From an uncultured beta proteobacterium (GTDB lineage: Bacteria > Pseudomonadota > Gammaproteobacteria > Burkholderiales > SHXO01): 64,000 nt of DNA. The notes below the pieces were generated by a model. It worked only from the letters and a program-made list of their open reading frames with translations. It did no database searches and had not been told where the DNA came from. Position 1 is the stretch's first letter. Each line of letters opens with the position of its first letter. Shown in pieces: positions 54,560-64,000 of the stretch. The position numbers and the translations under genes were made by a program. The stretch is from the NCBI GenBank assembly GCA_963772865.1, contig CAVYZA010000021.1, positions 24,332 to 88,331 of the forward strand. Direction: 5' to 3'.

Positions 54560-56062
54560 ATGAATCAACCAGAAACCCACATCGTGGCTCCGCCCGGCAA
54601 GATAGAGGCCTTCGATGTCGTGATCGTCGGAGCGGGCATCTCGGGCATCGGTGCTGCCTATCACCTCACCCAGCAGTGCCCCGCCATGCGCTTCATTGTT
54701 CTGGATGCGCTGGAAGGTTTCGGCGGCACATGGCGCACACACCGCTTTCCGGGCATCCGCTCGGACAGCGACCTGTATACCTTCGGCTATGCCTTCAAGC
54801 CGTGGACGGGGGCACCCATCGCAACGGCCGCCGAGATCCTGCGCTATCTAGGGGAAGTCATCGACGAGAATGACCTTGCCCCGCACATCCGGTATCACCA
54901 CAGGATCTCTTCGGCACGCTGGTCCAGCCGCGAGAATCTCTGGACGCTCGATGCCACCCGGATGGATACCGGGGAAACAGTCCGGTTCAGCGCAAACTTT
55001 CTCTGGATGTGCCAGGGATATTACCGGCACTCGCGGGGCTACACACCCGAGTGGAACGCAATGGAGACATTCAAGGGCCGCATCGTTCACCCGCAGACCT
55101 GGCCGGAGGACCTGGACTACGCTGGCAGGCAAGTCGTCGTCATCGGTTCTGGCGCCACCGCAGCGACGCTCATTCCGGCGATTGCGGCCGACTGCGCGCA
55201 TGTCACGATGCTGCAGCGCTCGCCGACGTTTTTCAGGACGGGCCGCAATGCGATTGCGATCGCTGACGAGCTGCGCGCGCTCGACATAGACGAGACCTGG
55301 ATCCACGAAATCGTACGCAGGAAGATTCTGTACGAGCAAGACGTGTTCACCCGCCGGACGTTCACGGAACCGGAGGTCGTGAAACAGGAACTGCTCGAGG
55401 CAGTGCGTGCATACCTGGGGTCGAACTACGACGTGCAGACCCACTTCACGCCGCGCTACCGGCCATGGCGGCAACGTATCGCCTTTATTCCCGACGGCGA
55501 CCTGTTCCAGGCGGTGCGCTCCGGTAAGGCATCGGTGGTCACCGATGAAATCGACCACTTCATGCCGACCGGCATTGTTTTGAAATCCGGCAAGGTTCTC
55601 GAAGCGGACATCATCGTCACCGCCACGGGCTTCAATCTCAATGTGCTCGGCGACATCGACTTCGTCATTGACGGCAAACCCCTGGTCTTCTCCGATACAG
55701 TCACCTATCGCGGCACGATGTTCACCGGGGTTCCCAACCTGGCGTGGGTCTTCGGTTACTTCCGGGCGAGCTGGACGCTGCGGGCAGACATGATCGGCGA
55801 GTTCGTCTGCCGGTTGCTCAATCACATGAAAAAGATAGGCGCAAGCAAAGTCACGCCGACGCTTCGCCCAGAGGACAAGGACATGCGGTTGCTGCCCTGG
55901 ATCGATCCGGAGAACTTCAATCCCGGCTATCTCATGCGCAGCATGGATCTGCTGCCGAAACGTGGCGACAAGCCCGCATGGCAGCACACCCAGGATTACT
56001 GGGCCGAAAAGGACGAGTTCCCCGCGATCGACCTCGACGACCCGGCGTTCGTCTATGAGTGA
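54560..56062 (+). CDS. Baeyer-Villiger / flavin monooxygenase, EthA-like
   Basis: GAGISG, GGTW, PGIRSDSD, FKGRIVHPQTWP (FxGxxxHxxxWP), GSGATA, ATGF, ASWTL. Confidence 0.92.
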   Translation: MNQPETHIVAPPGKIEAFDVVIVGAGISGIGAAYHLTQQCPAMRFIVLDALEGFGGTWRTHRFPGIRSDSDLYTFGYAFKPWTGAPIATAAEILRYLGEVIDENDLAPHIRYHHRISSARWSSRENLWTLDATRMDTGETVRFSANFLWMCQGYYRHSRGYTPEWNAMETFKGRIVHPQTWPEDLDYAGRQVVVIGSGATAATLIPAIAADCAHVTMLQRSPTFFRTGRNAIAIADELRALDIDETWIHEIVRRKILYEQDVFTRRTFTEPEVVKQELLEAVRAYLGSNYDVQTHFTPRYRPWRQRIAFIPDGDLFQAVRSGKASVVTDEIDHFMPTGIVLKSGKVLEADIIVTATGFNLNVLGDIDFVIDGKPLVFSDTVTYRGTMFTGVPNLAWVFGYFRASWTLRADMIGEFVCRLLNHMKKIGASKVTPTLRPEDKDMRLLPWIDPENFNPGYLMRSMDLLPKRGDKPAWQHTQDYWAEKDEFPAIDLDDPAFVYE

Positions 56063-56150
56063 GACAACAGCGGTCTCGCGAAACTCGGGATCTCACTGGG
56101 TAACCGTAGAAAATTGCTTAGCGCTGTCGCCGAGTTGAACGCCCAAGAGG
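56063..56150 (+). pseudogene. Remnant resembling a SAM domain of an adenylate/guanylate-cyclase-type protein
   Basis: Translates DNSGLAKLGISLGNRRKLLSAVAELNAQE with no start codon. Confidence 0.5.
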
Positions 56151-56382
56151 GAGGCGGCCAAGAGAATTACGCGTTGACAGAACTGCTGCCGCAACAGGTT
56201 TGAGGTCCTTGTCCTCCCAGAATTGATCGACGCTCCGTCGTTTCATAAGCAGCCCACTCTGAACATCACAACGTCCTCCAGCTCGCGCGTTCCTGGCGTA
56301 CCTGGTTGCGACGGATAGGCTAAAGTAGGGGCGGGCTGCACAGGGCGCTAACATCTCAACTCCAACTTCGACCGAGCCATTC

Positions 56383-57750
56383 ATGAGACCCGAGGACGTC
56401 AAGACCGCCACCGACGCCAGGAAGATCGTAGAGGAGCGCAACCTCACGCACGTCAAGGTCGGCGTGTTCGACATCGAGGGCGTCCTGCGCGGAAAGTACA
56501 TGTCGCGCGAGAAGTTCTTCAGCGCGCTGGACAAGGGCTTCGGCTTTTGCGACGTGGTGCTGGGGTGGGATTCCAACGACCAGCTTTATGACAACACGCA
56601 GTACACGGGGTGGCACACCGGCTATCCGGACGCCGCCGTGCGCATACTGCCCGGATCCTGCCGCGACATCCCGTTCGAGCCCGGGATGCTGTTCTTCCTC
56701 GCCGAGTTCGTCGAAGAGCGCGACGTGCCCTGCCCGCGCGGGCTGCTGCGCCGGGTGCTCGACAAGGCGCGGAGCATGGGCTTCGAGGTATACGCCGGCT
56801 TCGAGTACGAGTACTTCGTGTTCGACGAGACACCGGACTCGGTGCGGGCGAAGCACTACCGCGACCTCAAGCCGATCGCACCCGGCTTCTTCGGCTATTC
56901 GGTGATCCGCAACTCGGTCCACTCCGAGCACTATTTGGAGACGCTGGACCTGTGCGAGAAGATGCGCTTCCCGCTGGAAGCCCTCCACGAGGAGACCGGT
57001 CCGGGGGTGCTGGAGGCCGCCATCGCGGTGGACCGCGGCCTGGAAGCCGCCGACAAGGCCGCGCTGTTCAAGACCTTCATCAAGGTCCACGCCCAGCGCA
57101 AGGGCCGCATCGCGACGTTCATGGCGAAATGGTCGCCCGACTATCCGGGCCAGAGCGGCCATATCCACGTCTCTCTCAAAGGACGCGACGACAAAGCGGC
57201 CTTCCATGACGCCGCCGATGCACATGGAATGAGCGCGCTGATGAAGCAGTTCGTTGCCGGACAGCATGCGCTGATGCCGGAATTGCTCGGCATGATCGCC
57301 AGCACCGTCAACTCCTACTCCCGGCTGGTGCCCGGCTTCTGGGCGCCGACCCACGCCACCTGGGGGGTGGAGAACCGCACTTGCGCGCTGCGCGTGATAC
57401 CGGGGTCGGAGAAGAGCCAGCGCGTCGAGTACCGCATCGCTGCCGCCGACGCCAATCCGTATCTGGCGTTGGCCGCCGCGCTCGGCTCCGGGCTCTGGGG
57501 CATCGAGCACCAGCTCGAGCCGGGCAAGCCCGTCAGCGGCAATGCCTACGAACAGAAGCCGCAGGCGAAGCACGCTCTGCCCGGCACCCTGTGGGAAGCA
57601 GCGCAGCGGTTGAAAGCATCGAAAGCGGCGCGCGACCTGTTCGGCGACGCCTTCGTCGAGCACTTCGCCGCCACCCGCGAGTGGGAAGAGCGCCAGTTCC
57701 GCAAGGCGATCACCGATTGGGAGCTGGCGCGCTACTTCGAAATCATCTAG
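56383..57750 (+). CDS. Glutamine synthetase-like gamma-glutamyl-amine ligase
   Basis: LRGK, FEYEY, HEETGPGVLE, GQSGHIHVSL, NSYSRL, ENR, VEYR. Resembles GlnA-like gamma-glutamylases rather than housekeeping GSI. Confidence 0.9.
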   Translation: MRPEDVKTATDARKIVEERNLTHVKVGVFDIEGVLRGKYMSREKFFSALDKGFGFCDVVLGWDSNDQLYDNTQYTGWHTGYPDAAVRILPGSCRDIPFEPGMLFFLAEFVEERDVPCPRGLLRRVLDKARSMGFEVYAGFEYEYFVFDETPDSVRAKHYRDLKPIAPGFFGYSVIRNSVHSEHYLETLDLCEKMRFPLEALHEETGPGVLEAAIAVDRGLEAADKAALFKTFIKVHAQRKGRIATFMAKWSPDYPGQSGHIHVSLKGRDDKAAFHDAADAHGMSALMKQFVAGQHALMPELLGMIASTVNSYSRLVPGFWAPTHATWGVENRTCALRVIPGSEKSQRVEYRIAAADANPYLALAAALGSGLWGIEHQLEPGKPVSGNAYEQKPQAKHALPGTLWEAAQRLKASKAARDLFGDAFVEHFAATREWEERQFRKAITDWELARYFEII

Positions 57751-57808
57751 AGCAAGTCAGTTGCAAGGTGTGCCCTTATCGTTCGGAGCCACGCCCGTCC
57801 CGAGAACC

Positions 57809-59206
57809 ATGACTGAGACACAGAAAACCATCTCCCCGGTCGACGGTCGGGTCTACGTCGAACGGCCGCTCGCGACCGACGCCGAGATCGGCCGCGTGCT
57901 GGAGCGCGCGCGAGCGGCGCAGGTAAAGTGGAAGCAAACGAAGCTCGCGGAGCGCGCGGCGATCGTTACGCGCTTCATCGACGCATTCGTTGCGCGCAAG
58001 CCAGCAGATCGCGGAGGAGGTCTCCTGGCAGATGGGCCGGCCGATCGGCCAGTCGCCCGGCGAGGTGCGCGGGTTCGAGGAGCGTGCGCGCCATATGGTC
58101 GCGATCGCGCCACAAGCACTCGCTGACCTGGATGCCGGCCCGAGAGAGGGCTTCCGCCGATTCATCCGTCGCGAGCCCCTCGGCGTGGTGCTGGTGATGG
58201 CGCCGTGGAACTACCCGTACCTGACCTCGGTGAACTCGGTGGTCCCCGCGCTCATGGCCGGCAACGCGGTGGTGTTGAAGCATTCCAGTCAAACGCCGCT
58301 CTGCGCGGAGCGATTTGCCGACGCGTTCCGGGAGGCAGGATTGCCGGAAGGCGTATTCCAGTTCGTGCACTGCACCCACGAACAGTCCACGCGCATGATC
58401 GCCTCGCCTCTGCGTCGACTTCGTGGCCTTCACCGGCTCGGTTGCAGGCGGTCAGGCGGTGCAGCGGGCGGCGTCGGACCGCTTCATCGCCACCGGGCTC
58501 GAGCTGGGCGGCAAGGACCCCGCCTACGTGCGCGCCCGACGCGGATCTCGCGCACGCCGTGGAGAACCTGGTCGACGGCGCCATGTTCAATTCCGGGCAG
58601 TCCTGCTGCGGCATCGAGCGAATCTATGCTCACCAGAAGGTCTACGACGCTTTCGTGGAAGGCTATCGTGGAGCTCAGCCGCCAGTACCGGCTCGGCAAT
58701 CCGCTCGATACCAGCGTCAACCTCGGCCCGATGGTGCGCGCACGCGCCGCCGACTTCGCCCGTGGCCAGGTGCGCGAGGCGATTGCCGCAGGCGCGCAAT
58801 CCCTGATCGACCCCGAAGCGTTTCCGTCCGACCGGGAGGGCACGCCCTACATGGCGCCGCAGGTACTGGTGAGCGTCGACCACTCGATGCGACTGATGAG
58901 CGAGGAGAGCTTCGCGCCGGTCGATCGGCATCATGAAGGTGGCGAGCGACGAGGAAGCCATCGCGCTGATGAACGACAGCCGAGTACGGCCTCACCGCCG
59001 CGATCTGGACCTCCGACGTGGACGCGGCCCTGTCGATAGGCGAGCGCGTGGAAACCGGCACCTGGTTCATGAACCGCTGCGACTACCTCGATCCCGCGCT
59101 CGCCTGGACCGGCGTGAAGAACTCCGGGCGCGGCTGTACGCTCTCGGTAGTGGGCTACGAGCAGCTCACTCGGCCCAAGTCGTTTCACCTTCGGGTCAAG
59201 ACGTGA
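57809..59206 (+). CDS. Aldehyde dehydrogenase; multiple frameshifts
   Basis: PWNYP, LKHS, FTGS, LELGGKDP, NSGQSCCG (catalytic Cys), EESF, GVKNSG. Confidence 0.88.
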
Positions 59207-59219
59207 CCCGATTACTCCC

Positions 59220-60398
59220 ATGACCATCGACCCGAAGACCCTCGTCCGCAACTGGAACTACCCCACTGCCGTGCGCTTCGGCGCTGGACGGATCGCAGAG
59301 CTGCCCGCTGTATGCAAGGAGCTGAGCATGCGCAGGCCTCTGCTCGTGACCGACCCCGGGCTGCGCAAGCTGCCGATGATCGAGCGCGCACTCGCGTCGC
59401 TGCGGAGTGCCGGCCTGGGCGACACGGTGTTCTCGGACATCCGGGCCAATCCAGTCGGGAAGAATGTCGAAGATGGCGTGGCTTTCTACAAGGGGCAGGG
59501 TTGCGATGGTGTCATCGCCTTTGGCGGCGGCAGCGCGCTGGACGTCGGCAAGACCATCGCGCTGATGGCTGGGCAAACGCGTCCATTGTGGGATTTCGAG
59601 GATCGCGAGGACTGGTACACACGGGTGAACGTGGCAGGCGTGGCACAGACTATCGCCGTTCCCACCACGGCGGGCACCGGCTCCGAAGTGGGCCGCGCCT
59701 CGGTCATCCTCGACGAAGCCAGCCATCTGAAGAAGATCATCTTCCACCCCAGGATGCTGCCGGCTGTGGTGATTGCCGACCCCGAGCTCACGCTGGGGCT
59801 GCCACCCCGCATCACGGCGGCCACCGGCATGGATGCGCTCGCCCATTGCCTGGAAGCTTACTGCGCGCCGGGGTTTCACCCGCTCGCCGACGGCATTGCG
59901 CTCGAGGGTATGCGCCTCATCAAGGAGTGGCTGCCGGTCGCGGTCAAGGACGGCAGCAACGTGACGGCGCGCGCGCACATGATGGCCGCGGCGAGCATGG
60001 GTGCAACCGCTTTCCAGAAAGGGCTTGGCGCCATCCATTCGCTCAGCCATCCGGTAGGCGCGCACTACAACACGCACCATGGCGAGACCAACGCGGTCGT
60101 GATGCCCTACGTCCTCGCATTCAACCGCCCCGCTATCGAGGATCGGATGACGCGGCTCGCGCGTTACCTGGACTTGCCCGACCCCGGCTTCGCCGCGGTG
60201 CTTGCCTGGGTGCTTGCGCTGCGCCAGGAGATCGGCATTCCCAACACGCTCACCCAGCTCGGGGTCAAGGAGAGCGACCTCGACGTGCTGGTCCCGGAAG
60301 CCGTGGAGGATCCCTCCACGGGCGGCAACCCGCGGCCAGCGGGGGCCGCTGAGATGCGCGAGATGTTCGTCAATGCCATCCACGGGCGGCTGCCCTAG
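59220..60398 (+). CDS. Iron-containing alcohol dehydrogenase
   Basis: GGGSALD, PTTAGTGSE, DALAH, HSLSH, HHG. Confidence 0.93.
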   Translation: MTIDPKTLVRNWNYPTAVRFGAGRIAELPAVCKELSMRRPLLVTDPGLRKLPMIERALASLRSAGLGDTVFSDIRANPVGKNVEDGVAFYKGQGCDGVIAFGGGSALDVGKTIALMAGQTRPLWDFEDREDWYTRVNVAGVAQTIAVPTTAGTGSEVGRASVILDEASHLKKIIFHPRMLPAVVIADPELTLGLPPRITAATGMDALAHCLEAYCAPGFHPLADGIALEGMRLIKEWLPVAVKDGSNVTARAHMMAAASMGATAFQKGLGAIHSLSHPVGAHYNTHHGETNAVVMPYVLAFNRPAIEDRMTRLARYLDLPDPGFAAVLAWVLALRQEIGIPNTLTQLGVKESDLDVLVPEAVEDPSTGGNPRPAGAAEMREMFVNAIHGRLP

Positions 60399-60433
60399 GC
60401 CATCGCACTCGCGGCCGAGCGCTCAGCGTCTCG

Positions 60434-60990
60434 ATGAAGCGCATCTTCCGCTGGCTCGGAACCGCGGCATTCGTGCTGGTGGCCTCCGCTGTGCTGCTGG
60501 AGGTGGCGCTGCGCATCCTGGCACTCGTGCCGGGCAAGGCCGCCGGCCTCACATCGGATCCGCAGGTCGGTCTCGTCGGCCTTCCGCACGTCGCCGTCGG
60601 CGAGGTCAAGACCAACTCGGCTGGATTCAACGACCGCGAATCGGTGGCGGGTGCACCGCCGCCGAGGGCCGTCTTCATCGGCGACTCCTTCACCTTCGGG
60701 ATCACGTCGTTCCAACAGAATTTTCCGTACCTGGTCGAGGCGAAGCTGGGCGGGCCGAGCGTGTTTCCCGTCGTCAACCTTGGCGTTCCCGCGACCGGGC
60801 CGCACGAATACCTCGCGATGCTCGAAGAATCGCGCGCTGGCATTGCAGCCGGAGTGGATCGTCGTCACTCTGTTCACGGGCAACGACATCCACCAGGCGC
60901 ATCTCCACTATCGCACCCTGATCTTCCTGGGCGGGGCCAGGCTGGTGTACGACCCGGTGCGGCTGGGCACGCGCTGGGACGAGTACTTCT
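60434..60990 (+). CDS. Membrane-anchored SGNH/GDSL-like protein, 5' part only (truncated at the junction; frameshift at ~60835)
   Basis: N-terminal TM helix, TNSAGFND, FIGDSFTFG, VNLGV, FTGND. Confidence 0.72.
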
Positions 60991-62713
60991 CGTCGCCGCC
61001 GCCGACGTACTTCCCGACCAGATTGATGCGCTCGACCGGCAGGTAGAGCCGATCGCCGCCCTGGTACTCGAGGTGCAGGAAGTCGCCCTCGGTGTCGGCG
61101 ACGTTCAGGTGCTTGAGGCCGCGATAGAGCCCGATGCCGTGGTCGACGTGCACGACGTAGTCGTCGGCCTTGAGCTCGGCGAGGCTCGAGAGCACGTCGG
61201 CGGCGCTGACCTTGCGGACGCGCCGGTGCTGGCGGCGCTCGCCGAAGATCTCCTCCTCGCCGATGAAGACCCAGGGCTCGGCGGGCAGGCGGAAGCCCTG
61301 CGAGAGCGAGCCGTCGACGATCACCGGCGGGCCCGCAGCCGCCGGCGAGCATGCGCCGGCAGCGGCTCGGTCGCCATCGCGACGTCGACGCCGTTGGCGG
61401 CGAGCAGGCCCTGCAGGCGCGTGCGCTGGCCGGCGCCGGGGACGACGATGAAGGTGCGCCGCCCCTCGGCGCTCCACTCGCGGATGCGGTCGGCGACGGG
61501 CTTCAGGCTCGGCGTCGCTGCTGCTGGGTGCGCGCGCGCCGTCGACGTCGGCGAGCGTGTAGCAGGGCACCCGCAGATGCCCGGCCGTGCCGGCGAGGCC
61601 GACCAGCGGATCGAGCTCGACCGTCGGCAAGCGGCTCGCAGCGCCGTCGCGCACCTCGTGCGGCGTCATGCGCGAAGCGCTCGGCGGGCGCGAAGAAGCG
61701 CCGCGCCTCCTCGGCCTCGCGGGCGCGCTGCTGAACGAGCGCGAAGGTCGCGTCCCACGCGCTCTCGACGCCGGCCGGATCGTCGATCCAGAGCCGCACG
61801 TCGGCCGGCAGGTAGTCGAAGAAGGTCGCGAGCCCCTGCGGGTAGACGTAGGGCGCCACGAACTCGACGCCGGGAAAGAAGAGCCCGTTCTCGAGCGCGT
61901 CGCTCATGGCGTTGCGGTCGAGGCGCGCCATCTCGATCTCGATGGCGCGCACCTCGACGGCACGGCGCGCCTCGGGCGTGCTGCAGATCGGCGAGCGACG
62001 CCTCGCGGACCGGGATGATCACGACCTCCTCGCGCTGGTCGGACGAGCGCTGCGTGTCGGGATCGAAGGTGCGGAGGCTCTCGATGCGGTCGCCGTCGAG
62101 CTCGAGCCGGAACGGCGCCGCGTCGAGCGGCGTGAAGACGTCGATCAGCCCGCCGCGCACGCTGAACTCGCCGCAGTCCTCGACGACCGGCACGCGCAGG
62201 TAGCCCCACGCGATCAGGTGCTGCGCGAGCTCCTCGGCGTCGACCTCGTCGCCCTCGACGAGGTAGCGCATGGCCTCCTTGACGACGGCGCGCGGCAGGA
62301 GGCGCTGCATCACCGCGTCGGGCGTCGTGACGACGATCGGATCGCGGCCGTGGATCAGGTGGAAGAGCGTCGCGCATGCGGTCGTGGACGACGGCCGCCG
62401 GCGGCGACACCGGCTCGAAGGCCGGCACGTCCCACGCCGGGAACGACTGCACGCGCCGCTCGAGCGCCGGCGTCGGCGCGGATCCTCACCGAGAAAGAGC
62501 GCGAGATCGCTCGCGAGCGCCTCGGCCTCGGCCGCGCCCGACGCGAGCACGACGAACGGCGACGGCGCGGCGCGATACGCCTCGGCGATCAGCAGCGCGC
62601 GCGCGCCGCCGCGCAGGCCCTCGACGCGCAGACGCTCGCCGGCCGCGCGTCGTCGACGCGCGGCGCACGGCGTCGCGGAGCGACGATCCGTCCTCGTGAG
62701 GTAGTGGCTGCAT
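60990..62713 (-). CDS. mfd: Transcription-repair coupling factor, N-terminal half, truncated and heavily frameshifted
   Basis: GEFSVRGGLIDVF, IESLRTFDPDTQRS, DYVVHVDHGIG, LEYQGGDRLYLPV. The translocase half is missing. Confidence 0.88.
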
Positions 62714-62817
62714 ACACGACCGCCCACGCGGGTCGTCGGGACCCGGCGGGTGAAGGGGCAAGCTACCAACGCGACCAGGTGTCGCAACAACGCGCGTCGA
62801 CGGCGCTGACGGTGCCG

Positions 62818-63938
62818 CTACGGACAGACGAAGCCGACGCAGTTCGCTTCGCCGTTGTCGCTCGCCTTGTTGCCGCCGCCGTCGACGGCGATCGTCTCGG
62901 CGTTGATGCCGACGAGGGCGTTCGCGGTCGCCGTGTTCTTGGCGGCGATCGTCGTCGTGCTCACGACGTTGATGCCGTTCAGGCGGTTCCCGGTCACGAC
63001 GTTCCCGTCGACGCGCACGCCGCCCGGCAGCGTTCTTCACGAGCACACCATTGCGGTCGTTGGCGCGGGAACGGTTCTTCTCGACGATGCTGCCGTCGCT
63101 CGCGCCGTCGACGGTGAAGCCGTCCTGGCGCGTGCCGGTCGCGTCGTTCTTGGTGACGACGGTCGCCGGCGCGTCGACCACGAGCACACCCTCGCCGTCG
63201 CACGCGGCGAGCGAGCTCTTGGCGACCTCGTTGCCGGTGCCGCCGGTCACCCTGATGCACGGACCGTCGCCGTGGTCGATCGTGTTGCCGGTCACGAGGT
63301 TGCGGTCGCCGTTCACCGAGACGCTGAAGTGGCTGATGGTGAGCTGGTTCTTCCGCACGATGTTGTCGTTGCCCGCGATCGCGATCGCCGCGAACGACGA
63401 GTCGCCGCCGCCGCTCGCGATGAAGACGTTCTTCTCGATCACGTTCTGGGCAGCCGCCGACATCGGACGCCGTAGCCGTCGCCGACGATCGTGCTCTTGC
63501 CGATCTTGGCAGAGCTGGGCGACGTCCAGGTCGATCGCGGCCGTGGTGCACGACTTGACCGTCAGGCCGGTGATCGCGGTTTTGTCGCCGCCCGCGACGT
63601 CGATGCACTTGTCGAAGTCGCTGACGGTGCCGTTCTTGATCACGACCCCGTCGAACGCCTGCGGGTTGTCGATGCCGACGTCGCCGAGATCCTCGTCGCC
63701 GGAGAGCGTGAAGCCGTTCAGGTCGATCGTGATCTTGTCGGCGCCGATGATCAGCGCTTGCAGCGCCCGTGCAGGCGAGGTCGGCGGTGAGCTTCAGGTC
63801 GGTGGTGAGCGTGTCGCCACATGCGACCTGCGCCGTGGCGGATCCAGCGGATCCTACCCCGAACACACCACACAGCATCGCGAGCACGACGGCACGGCAG
63901 GAAATCGTCATGGCGAAAACGGCTAACAGAATGCGCAT
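62818..63938 (-). CDS. Secreted right-handed parallel beta-helix (PbH1/NosD-like) repeat protein; frameshifted
   Basis: Signal peptide, ACGDTLT, IDLNGFTL, repeated N-x-(V/I)-x-x-N rungs, DGGGNKASDN and a C-terminal Cys pair. Confidence 0.75.
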
Positions 63939-64000
63939 TGCGTCGCCAACGCGAGCGCCGCGACCGGCATGGACTTGGTCCGAGGTTTCGTGACAGAGAA

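Noticed and set aside
56383-57750. Housekeeping glutamine synthetase glnA
   Set aside because: The sequence and the ALDH/Fe-ADH context fit GlnA-like gamma-glutamyl-amine ligases; no ntrBC nearby.
60434-62203. 589-aa ORF as a novel fusion protein
   Set aside because: It is the SGNH-like 5' fragment running into the antisense strand of mfd across the junction.

Overview
High-GC genomic DNA whose first ~61 kb look betaproteobacterial (Burkholderiales/Rhodocyclales-like gene content). It is probably an unpolished long-read or metagenomic assembly: many genes, including the essential aspS, carry single-base frameshifts, so I treat these as sequencing indels rather than pseudogenes. In order, the window holds a P-type ATPase / C26 gamma-glutamyl hydrolase / ybdK / cation:proton antiporter block; lutA-lutB-(2-hydroxyacid dehydrogenase)-lutC; pbpG; an Atm1-type ABC exporter; an enolase-superfamily enzyme; a YSC84 lipoprotein; glgP; an MBL hydrolase; a type I secretion locus (HlyB-like, large RTX/cadherin-like adhesin, HlyD) with two near-identical sigma54 promoters; the fmdB-DUF502-aspS-nudB block; ugpQ; an ABC1 kinase; an H-NOX / hybrid histidine kinase pair; a GnnA/GnnB-like pair; and a ~17 kb catabolic region. 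That region contains an APC permease, a two-subunit GlpA-like FAD/FeS dehydrogenase, a GlpK-like kinase with an altered substrate motif, a choline-kinase-like enzyme, a GcvT-family amine dehydrogenase, and a GlnA-like ligase / ALDH / Fe-ADH trio. It is the best candidate for an undescribed pathway (amino-alcohol or amino-polyol catabolism). A second striking feature is a set of inverted arrays of 7-9-bp tandem repeats sitting at gene junctions. At ~60,990 the sequence switches abruptly to a truncated mfd and a beta-helix gene with a different sequence style, probably a chimeric join. No rRNA, tRNA, CRISPR array or transposase was recognised. No database searches were run; all family calls come from motif recognition.
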